In this document: in pieces, positions 9,613 through 16,509 of the stretch
Numbering within the stretch: position 1 is the first letter of the stretch
Layout: each line of letters opens with the position of its first letter
Assembly: GCF_000008625.1 (NCBI RefSeq)
Contig: NC_000918.1
Span: 300,001-332,000, forward strand
Origin: Aquifex aeolicus VF5
GTDB lineage: Bacteria; Aquificota; Aquificia; Aquificales; Aquificaceae
Reading direction: 5' to 3'
Length of the DNA: 32,000 bases
Translations under genes and position numbers: made by a program
The notes under the pieces: generated by a model
The model's input: only the letters and a program-made list of their open reading frames with translations
Databases searched by the model: none
What the model was told of the DNA's origin: nothing

Positions 9613-10623
9613 TTAAGGAAAGAGAATCAGATCCTCCATGAGTGGCATGAATACTTTGTAGTAGGGCGGTATGTGGGCAAGTGTCGTCATAACTTTTTCA
9701 TCGTGAACTTTCTTTATTTTGGGATTAACTGCGGTAAGTGCTGGGCCGAACATTGCAGACTCAGGACGCGACCACTCCATGTGAACTATAAACTCCTTGG
9801 GATGTCCTGCAGGCTCTAATTGAAATTCAGGTTTTCCGTACTCTCCCCATATGGTTTCTCTGGTTTTAGGAGGCACTGCTCCCCTGCTTGCCACTACTTC
9901 CCAGAACTCAGGAGGTTTTATCTGGAACGTTCCGTACGGGCTTTCCCCGATCTTTTCAAGAATCATCCAACCTATCATTCCCGCAGAGTACTTGTTGAGA
10001 AGTTCCAGTGTTTCAACAGCTCCCTCTATAAACTTCTCCTCCATTCCTTCCTTAACTTTGTGTATCCCTACTACTGCTATTCTCTGGGTCAGGAGCCTAA
10101 CTTTCGGGATTCCTCCCTTACCCTGCATAGCCTGCATCATAGATTCACCCAAGACTTTCGGAACATCGGTAAAGTCTATGACAGGGGGCATGTTGGCTTC
10201 TCGAACTACGTATATAGGTTCGTTCGGTCCTTCAACTACTTCTGTGAAACAACCCACGCAAAGTTCAAAAATCCTGTCGAATTGCTGGTAGTGCATTTCT
10301 TCGTGATCTTCCCACTTTTCCCACACCGTATACTGCCATAGCTCTAATGGGTTGTACTTTATAGCTGTAAGTCCTTCCCTTTGAATAGCTTCAAGACTAT
10401 CCGCATTTATAACTTTAGCCGCTCCAAACCTGCCACCGAGCGGATGAGCACCCACCTGAATAAACGCGTGAAAACCCAGAAATCCTTCGTGCATAGCTGT
10501 AGTTATGCAGACCTTAGGACCCACTTGGTACATTAGCTCTTGAAAACGAGGCGTGTTATTTACTTTGGCTTTGTTAATAGCTACAGCAACGCCTTTTTTA
10601 ATATCTGTCAGCATGGCTCTCAC
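9613..10623 (-). CDS. sor: Sulfur oxygenase reductase (SOR). The start may be ATG at 10614 rather than GTG at 10623.
   Basis: It aligns with my memory of the Acidianus SOR. Matching segments are VGPKVC (active-site Cys), WEDHEEMHYQ (H-x3-H iron ligands), ELCVGC (CxxC pair), EGPNEPIY (Glu ligand region) and IVHMEWS. Confidence 0.85.
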   Translation of the reverse strand: MRAMLTDIKKGVAVAINKAKVNNTPRFQELMYQVGPKVCITTAMHEGFLGFHAFIQVGAHPLGGRFGAAKVINADSLEAIQREGLTAIKYNPLELWQYTVWEKWEDHEEMHYQQFDRIFELCVGCFTEVVEGPNEPIYVVREANMPPVIDFTDVPKVLGESMMQAMQGKGGIPKVRLLTQRIAVVGIHKVKEGMEEKFIEGAVETLELLNKYSAGMIGWMILEKIGESPYGTFQIKPPEFWEVVASRGAVPPKTRETIWGEYGKPEFQLEPAGHPKEFIVHMEWSRPESAMFGPALTAVNPKIKKVHDEKVMTTLAHIPPYYKVFMPLMEDLILFP

Positions 10624-10682
10624 ATCCCTTTTTATCTTTCAATTTAGGTTTTAAATGTTAAGAAGGTTAGGAGGCAGGATTG

Positions 10683-10708
10683 GTTAACATAATTGCCATT
10701 ATGTTAAC
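10683..10708. promoter_or_regulatory. Perfect 11-bp inverted repeat (GTTAACATAAT-TGCC-ATTATGTTAAC). Candidate operator in the sor/bcp divergent intergenic region.
   Basis: Read directly from the sequence. An extra half-site copy, ATGTTAA, sits at 10655..10661. The repeat lies 24-49 nt upstream of the bcp ATG. Confidence 0.5.
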
Positions 10709-10731
10709 ATTTTATTACCGGAGGCATCCAG

Positions 10732-11235
10732 ATGAAAGAATTCTTGATAAAGATACTTGTACTGCTCGGGCTTGCCCAACCGGGCAACGCTATACAGGAA
10801 GGTCAACCTGCTTACCTTTTTAGTTTGAATAATCACGAAGACAAAGTTGTAAACCTTTCCGACTACAAGGGCAAGTGGGTTGTGCTCTACTTTTATCCTA
10901 AGGCGGACACACCCGGTTGTACTACTCAGGCAAAGGAGTACACAAAACTGATGCCAGAATTCGAAAAACTGAACGTTAAGGTGTTTGGAATAAGCACTGA
11001 TAGTGTAGAAAAGATAAGACGCTTTCGGGAAAAGTACGGGCTTACCGTGGAATTCCTTTCCGATCCGGAGGGTATAGTTGCAAAGGCTTACGGAGTTACA
11101 CTCATAGCAGGTCTTTGTTCAAGGGATACCGTAATAATAAATCAGAATCTTATAGTGGAAAAGATCTACAGAGGAGTAAGTCCTTCTGCGGATCCCCATA
11201 AGGTTCTTGAGTACATAAAACAAAGAGCTTCATGA
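10732..11235 (+). CDS. bcp: Bcp-type peroxiredoxin with an N-terminal signal-like extension
   Basis: YFYPKADTPGCTTQ peroxidatic-Cys motif. GGAGG sits 7 nt upstream of the ATG. Confidence 0.85.
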   Translation: MKEFLIKILVLLGLAQPGNAIQEGQPAYLFSLNNHEDKVVNLSDYKGKWVVLYFYPKADTPGCTTQAKEYTKLMPEFEKLNVKVFGISTDSVEKIRRFREKYGLTVEFLSDPEGIVAKAYGVTLIAGLCSRDTVIINQNLIVEKIYRGVSPSADPHKVLEYIKQRAS

Positions 11236-11257
11236 GTTTTATAAAATAAACTCCATC

Positions 11258-11782
11258 GTGGGCTATATTTACATCGTTTCTTTCGGAGACGTTGAAGACA
11301 GACTTTTGCTTGCGGATGCCTCCAATGTAAAGGAGATATTTGATCTGGAAGTAAGGGTTTCCACTGTAAAAGCGGACATTGAAGAAGCCTACAACCCCCA
11401 GAGAAACCAGTACCATGCAGGAACGATTCTGAGCTACCTCTCAAGGGTAGTTTACCCGGATATGGTGAGGCTCGTAGCTCTGGTAAGTTTCGACCTCTAC
11501 GAGGAGGGACTTAACTTCGTCTTTGGAGAAGCCCAGTACGGGGGAAAGTACGCAGTTGTGAGCACTTACAGGCTTTATCATCCCGACGAGAGGGTATTCT
11601 TCGAAAGGGTTTTTAAAGAGACGAACCACGAACTCGGGCACACTTTCGGACTCAAACACTGCCCCGACCCCTACTGCGTTATGAGTTTTTCCAATTCAAT
11701 AGATGAGGTTGACAGGAAATCACGTGATTTTTGTCCTAACTGCAGGAGAAAACTGGACTACGTTTTATCCTATTACCGATGA
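11258..11782 (+). CDS. amzA: Archaemetzincin (peptidase M54 family)
   Basis: HELGHTFGLKHC zinc motif followed by the structural Cys set CPDPYCVM...CPNCRRK. GTG start. Confidence 0.8.
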   Translation: MGYIYIVSFGDVEDRLLLADASNVKEIFDLEVRVSTVKADIEEAYNPQRNQYHAGTILSYLSRVVYPDMVRLVALVSFDLYEEGLNFVFGEAQYGGKYAVVSTYRLYHPDERVFFERVFKETNHELGHTFGLKHCPDPYCVMSFSNSIDEVDRKSRDFCPNCRRKLDYVLSYYR

Positions 11783-12390
11783 TAGGAAGAGTTTTCAGGA
11801 TTTTCAGAGAAAAGGGAGGAATTTTAAAGGCTCTCGGCCTTTGGGAGTGGTACGAAAACCTGCCGCACAAGTACCAAAAAAAGGTAAAACATTACTACTC
11901 TTTAAAAACTATAAAGAGTATAAACTTCCCTTACAAAGCCAAGCACTTTGATACGGGAGAAGTCGAAAACGTCCTCTACACAAAGAGAACCTTTTTAGGC
12001 ACGATAGCCCAGACTGCACTCCTTGAAGGTGACCTCGAATTTGCGGAATGGCTCTACAACGAAGCTCTGAAAATGGAAGGCAGTCCTTATGAGGCTCATC
12101 TCATTTTAAACGACCTCGTTTTGCTTGCCCAAAAACAAAGAGATTTGGAAAAGGTTAAAAAGTACGTCCTTCAGGACGTGGAACTTTACCCTGAGTACAA
12201 GGAAGAGTTAAAGAGCAGGTGGGGGGGAACCCTTCCCCAGATAATGGCTTTTGAGATTTACGTTTACCTTTTGGAGAGAGAAGGAAAGATAAAGGAAGCC
12301 CTTGAACTCGTGGAGTGGATAAAAAAAGAGGGGATAACCTACCCCTATTACGACCAAGTAAAGGAGAGACTACTTCAAAAACTCAAGTAG
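11779..12390 (+). CDS. Hypothetical helical (TPR-like?) protein, translationally coupled to archaemetzincin
   Basis: ATGA overlap with amzA. The sequence looks all-helical (EGDLEFAEWLYNEALKMEG..., EGKIKEALELVEWIKKEG). I recognise no family. Confidence 0.5.
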   Translation: MIGRVFRIFREKGGILKALGLWEWYENLPHKYQKKVKHYYSLKTIKSINFPYKAKHFDTGEVENVLYTKRTFLGTIAQTALLEGDLEFAEWLYNEALKMEGSPYEAHLILNDLVLLAQKQRDLEKVKKYVLQDVELYPEYKEELKSRWGGTLPQIMAFEIYVYLLEREGKIKEALELVEWIKKEGITYPYYDQVKERLLQKLK

Positions 12391-12401
12391 AATTTATTCT
12401 T

Positions 12402-13838
12402 ATGAACGAAAAGTACGAGGCTGTAATCGGTCTTGAAATACACGTGCAGATGGACACAAAGACTAAGATGTTCTGTGGTTGTAAAGTGGAATTCGGAGCG
12501 GAGCCAAACACAAACGTTTGCCCCGTATGCCTCGGAATGCCCGGAGCACTTCCCATTGTCAACAAAAGGGCGGTTGAGTACGCGATAAGGGCTTCTCTGG
12601 CACTGAACTGCGAGGTTCACGAAGAGTCCGTATTTGCGAGAAAACACTACTTTTACCCGGACCTCCCTAAGGGATACCAGATATCCCAGTACGAAAAGCC
12701 CCTCGCCACGAACGGATGGGTGGAGTTAAACCTTCCAAACGGTGAAAAGAAAAAGGTAAGGATAAGGAGACTCCACATAGAAGAGGACGCGGGCAAGAAC
12801 ATACACGAGGGTGATAAAACGCTCGTTGACCTAAACAGGGCTGGAACTCCCCTTATGGAAATAGTAACAGAGCCCGACATAAGAACACCCGAAGAGGCGA
12901 GACTCTTTTTAGAAAAACTCAGGAACATAATGAGGTACGCGGGTGTTTCTAAAGCGGATATGGAAAAGGGACAACTCAGGTGTGACATAAACGTTTCCAT
13001 CAGACCGAAGGGCAGTAAAGAGTTCGGAACGAGGGTTGAGATAAAGAACGTAAACTCCTTCAGGTTCGTCCAGAAAGCCCTTGAGTACGAGATAGAAAGA
13101 CAAATTAATGTGGTTGAGGAGGGCGGAGAAGTCGTCCAGGAAACGAGAACCTTTGACCCTCAAACGGGCAAAACCTACCCCATGAGGACAAAAGAAGAGG
13201 CGGAAGATTACAGGTACTTCCCGGACCCGGACCTCGTTCCCCTGAAGGTAAAAAAGGAGTGGATAGAAGAAATAAAGAAGAACATGCCCGAACTCCCGGA
13301 CCAAAGGTTTGAAAGATTAATAAAAGAGTACGGACTTTCTGAATACGAGGCAGGAATACTCGTAAACCACAAGGAAGTGGGAGACTTCTTTGAAGAAGCG
13401 GTAAGACATTTCAAGGAACCCAAAGGGATAGTAAACTGGCTCATAAACGACCTTCTAGGACTCTTAAGGGATAAAGGCATCTCAATAGAAGAGAGTCCCG
13501 TAAAGCCCGAGCACTTAGCTGAACTCGTAAAACTCATAAAGGAAAAGGTTATATCCACGAAGATAGGAAAAGAAGTTATAAAGGAAATGGTTGAAACCGG
13601 AAAAACGCCTTCCCAGATAGTTGAAGAAAAGGGACTAAAGCAGATAACCGACGAAAACCAAATAAAGGAGCTCGTAAAGAAGATATTTGAAAAACACCCC
13701 AAGGAAGTGGAAAGATTAAAACAGGGTGAGGAAAAACTTATTGGCTTTTTCGTAGGACAGGTAATGAGGGAAACAAGAGGAAAGGCAAACCCCCAAGTCG
13801 TGAATAAAGTCATAAGGGAACTGGTAAAAGAAGTGTAA
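12402..13838 (+). CDS. gatB: Asp/Glu-tRNA amidotransferase subunit B
   Basis: YEAVIGLEIHVQ..., HYFYPDLPKGYQISQ and the C-terminal YqeY-like tail. Start moved to the ATG at 12402 (MNEKYEAVIGLE). The ORF-track start at 12315 overlaps the upstream gene. Confidence 0.95.
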   Translation: MNEKYEAVIGLEIHVQMDTKTKMFCGCKVEFGAEPNTNVCPVCLGMPGALPIVNKRAVEYAIRASLALNCEVHEESVFARKHYFYPDLPKGYQISQYEKPLATNGWVELNLPNGEKKKVRIRRLHIEEDAGKNIHEGDKTLVDLNRAGTPLMEIVTEPDIRTPEEARLFLEKLRNIMRYAGVSKADMEKGQLRCDINVSIRPKGSKEFGTRVEIKNVNSFRFVQKALEYEIERQINVVEEGGEVVQETRTFDPQTGKTYPMRTKEEAEDYRYFPDPDLVPLKVKKEWIEEIKKNMPELPDQRFERLIKEYGLSEYEAGILVNHKEVGDFFEEAVRHFKEPKGIVNWLINDLLGLLRDKGISIEESPVKPEHLAELVKLIKEKVISTKIGKEVIKEMVETGKTPSQIVEEKGLKQITDENQIKELVKKIFEKHPKEVERLKQGEEKLIGFFVGQVMRETRGKANPQVVNKVIRELVKEV

Positions 13839-13850
13839 AATAAAATTTAA

Positions 13851-14192
13851 ATGAACAGGCAACCTATGTTCTTCATACTTATTGTCTTACTCTTTACCGT
13901 TTTCTCCTTAAAAGAGTTTATTCCTAATACCTTCTGCATACACCCCAAAGAAGGCATAATACATCTTGAAAAGGAACATCCTAAAACCTTCTGTGAAAAA
14001 GATGAAGTTCATGTAAAGGTTCTTTCTGAAATTAAGAACCTTAAAGTTCAGTTGGATTTAGATAAAAGTTTTTCATTTACTTCTCCCTTCCGTATCTCCC
14101 TTAGCTTCGTAGTCTTAAAAAAACAAAATGCACTGCCTGAAAAATCTCCCCGCCGAGAAAGTCCCATAAAGACAGTCCGCCTACTTATTTGA
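13851..14192 (+). CDS. Hypothetical exported or membrane-anchored protein (113 aa) upstream of the RND operon
   Basis: N-terminal hydrophobic helix FFILIVLLFTVF, then a Cys/His-rich patch FCIHPKEGIIHLEKEHPKTFCEKDEVH. Confidence 0.4.
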   Translation: MNRQPMFFILIVLLFTVFSLKEFIPNTFCIHPKEGIIHLEKEHPKTFCEKDEVHVKVLSEIKNLKVQLDLDKSFSFTSPFRISLSFVVLKKQNALPEKSPRRESPIKTVRLLI

Positions 14193-14244
14193 TTTTCCTC
14201 CCAAACTACAACCAGAATTCCTATTAAATCCCGGAGGTGAGAGT

Positions 14245-14643
14245 ATGTTTTGGGTTCTTTTAATTGTTGTGAGTTTGAGTTTTGGAGTGAGTATTGAGGA
14301 AGCGGTGAGAACTGCTATAAAAAACAATCCCGAAATTAAGGCACTTGAGGAAGAGATGAAAGTTTTCAAAGGAAAAGCAAAGAGTGCAACAGCCTTTCCG
14401 AACCCGGAACTGAGATTTGAGAGCGGTTTTATCACGAACGACGAAGACGGAAAGCCCAAAGGAAAGGCACTTTACCTCTTTGAGTTTAATCAACCTATCC
14501 CGATGTGGGGTATAAGGGAAAAGGCGAGAAGCGTAGTTAAAAAAGAAGAGGAGTCCTTCAAGTACTTCACAGATGCATATAAAAGACGGATAATCGCACA
14601 GGTTTACAGGAGCTTTTACAACTCACTTTTTCTAAAGGAGTGA
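14245..14643 (+). CDS. Outer-membrane efflux factor (TolC/CzcC family), N-terminal part of a split gene
   Basis: Signal-like N-terminus, then SIEEAVRTAIKNNPEIKALEEE, the typical OMF start. At 132 aa it is far too short for an OMF. Confidence 0.7.
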   Translation: MFWVLLIVVSLSFGVSIEEAVRTAIKNNPEIKALEEEMKVFKGKAKSATAFPNPELRFESGFITNDEDGKPKGKALYLFEFNQPIPMWGIREKARSVVKKEEESFKYFTDAYKRRIIAQVYRSFYNSLFLKE

Positions 14644-15419
14644 CCAATATATGGAAGAAAAACTACGAAACCGCAAAGGAAGTAGAGGAATTCGTAAAAA
14701 AAGCCTACGAACTGGGTGACGTGACCGAACTGGAACTCCTAAGGGCAAAGAGGGAAAGAAGCATAGCGGAGGTAAAGCTAAAGGTAAGCCGTTCCAAGTA
14801 CGAGGCGAGCCTAAAAGAGCTTTCCAGACTTCTAGCAAAGGAAGTGAGGGACGTTGAAGGAGAACTTTCCGCAGGAGTAGCCATGAAGGAAGTGAATATA
14901 GACACGCTTCCCGTAGTTCTATCTATAAAGAAGAAAATAGAGGCTATAGACAGGCAGATTCAGCTGGAAAAGGCACTCGCAAAACCAAAGCTTGCAACTG
15001 GCTTTGTTGTAGAGGAGTCAGAAGAGGGATATTACGGTCTCAGGGGTTCCCTTACCTTGGAACTCCCCCTCTTTTACCGCAGGGAAGGAGAAATACTTCA
15101 AAACATCGCCATGAAGAAAGCCCTAAAGAGGAGACTTGAGGCGGAACTCCTGAAGGTAAAAAGCAGACTTGAATCCGTGAAGATAAGGCTTGAAACACTT
15201 CAGAAAGAACTTGAAAAGCTTGAAAGGGAAGTCATTCCGAGAGCAAGGGAAGAGCTTGCCCTTGCCATAAAGAGTTACAAGCTAAAGGCTATAACTCTGC
15301 TGGAACTTTCCGACGTGAGGAGAAAATATTACGAGCTCTTAATAAACAGGGCTGAATTGCTCTTAGATATCCACAGGACCTACTCTGAGTTCATAGAAAT
15401 AGGAGGTTGGAGGAGATGA
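14640..15419 (+). CDS. Outer-membrane efflux factor (TolC/CzcC family), C-terminal part of a split gene
   Basis: Coiled-coil and repeat pattern (GDVTELELLRAKRE..., ITLLELSDVRRKYYELL). It begins at a GTG inside the GTGA overlap with the previous ORF. 132 + 259 aa equals one normal OMF. Confidence 0.7.
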   Translation: MTNIWKKNYETAKEVEEFVKKAYELGDVTELELLRAKRERSIAEVKLKVSRSKYEASLKELSRLLAKEVRDVEGELSAGVAMKEVNIDTLPVVLSIKKKIEAIDRQIQLEKALAKPKLATGFVVEESEEGYYGLRGSLTLELPLFYRREGEILQNIAMKKALKRRLEAELLKVKSRLESVKIRLETLQKELEKLEREVIPRAREELALAIKSYKLKAITLLELSDVRRKYYELLINRAELLLDIHRTYSEFIEIGGWRR

Positions 15420-16495
15420 AAAAAATTCTCATTTATTTAATAACTCTTTTAGCCTTTTCCTTTGGAGGTGAAGAGCATGGGCATGAAGAGGAAATACACC
15501 TTACAGATAAACAGATAAAACTGCTCGGGATAAAACTCTACGAAGTTAAAAGAGAACCTGTGGGAAAGATTGTAAAGATGCCCGCTGAAGTAGAAGAAAA
15601 TCCCCTTCTCAATTACGTGGTTTACAGTCCCGTTGAGGGAATTGTGAGGAAGCTCTACAAGAAAGAGGGGGACCTCGTGAAAAAGGGAGAACCGCTTGCG
15701 GAAGTATACTCACCCGAGCTTGCGAACCTCATCGGGGAAGTTCGCACCGCAAAGGTAAGGATGGAAAGTGCGAGAAAGCTCTACGAGAGGTATAAAAAAC
15801 TTTACGAACAAAAGGTCATAAAGTACACGCTCTTTTACAACGCCATGGTGGAGTATGAGAGGGCTAAGGGTGAGTATGAGGCACTCCTTTCTAAACTCAA
15901 GAGTTTTGGAGAAGTAAAGGGCTACAACTTAGTCCTTCGCTCTCCCGGTAAGGGTTACGTTGTAAAGCAGAACGTCGTCCTCGGAGAAAGCGTGGGGCTA
16001 GACAACTTCCTCTTTAAGATTCACTCCCACGAGGTGGTTTGGGTTTACGGCTGGGCGGATGAAAAATCCGCAAAAGACATAAAGGAAGGGATGAAAGGCA
16101 CGGCTCTCTCTCACGAGGATAGACTTCCGTGTCGTGTGGACTACATCGGTCACGAGGTGGACAGAAAGACGAGAAGGGTAAAGGTAAGGTGTGTAGCTCA
16201 AAACAAAAACCATGTGCTAAAACCGGGGATGTTCGTGGAACTCCTCGTAAAAACACAAGGAGAACCTGCAATACTCATTCCCAAAAATGCAGTTCAGGAA
16301 ATTGAAGGAAAGAAAGTAGTGTTCGTCAGAACCGAGGAGGGATTTGAAGCAAGACCAGTAACTATACTTAAAGAGCTCAACGGCTACTACGTCGTCCTTG
16401 AGGGATTAAAGGAAGGAGAGAGAATAGCGGTCACGGGAACGGTATTCCTCAAAACTAAGCTCGTAGGAGTTGAAGAAGGAGGACATGCTCACTAA
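15416..16495 (+). CDS. RND efflux membrane fusion protein (CzcB/CusB-like periplasmic adaptor)
   Basis: Signal/anchor helix, biotinyl-lipoyl-like hairpin (GIVRKLYKKEGDLVKKGEPLAEVYSPEL) and a beta-barrel C-terminus. His-rich ends GEEHGHEEEIH and EEGGHAH. ATG 15416 (ATGA overlap) is preferred over TTG 15407. Confidence 0.85.
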   Translation: MKKILIYLITLLAFSFGGEEHGHEEEIHLTDKQIKLLGIKLYEVKREPVGKIVKMPAEVEENPLLNYVVYSPVEGIVRKLYKKEGDLVKKGEPLAEVYSPELANLIGEVRTAKVRMESARKLYERYKKLYEQKVIKYTLFYNAMVEYERAKGEYEALLSKLKSFGEVKGYNLVLRSPGKGYVVKQNVVLGESVGLDNFLFKIHSHEVVWVYGWADEKSAKDIKEGMKGTALSHEDRLPCRVDYIGHEVDRKTRRVKVRCVAQNKNHVLKPGMFVELLVKTQGEPAILIPKNAVQEIEGKKVVFVRTEEGFEARPVTILKELNGYYVVLEGLKEGERIAVTGTVFLKTKLVGVEEGGHAH

Positions 16496-16509
16496 TCGGA
16501 GGTGGCGGT

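Noticed and set aside
12315-12401. N-terminal extension of gatB suggested by the ORF track (start at 12315)
   Set aside because: The extension overlaps the upstream gene by 76 nt and has no GatB-like sequence. The canonical GatB N-terminus (MNEKYEAVIGLEIH) starts at ATG 12402, 12 nt after the upstream stop.
13208-13813. Long antisense ORFs from the six-frame track. Examples: 13208..13813 (201 aa), 28429..29001 (190 aa), 9820..10341, 6172..6675, 17484..17963, 12909..13304 and 915..1313.
   Set aside because: Each lies entirely opposite a confidently identified gene (gatB, ahpC, sor, ilvB, the RND pump, the oxidoreductase). Their Ser/Phe/Leu-rich, low-complexity composition is typical of shadow frames, and none has an RBS or a recognisable motif.
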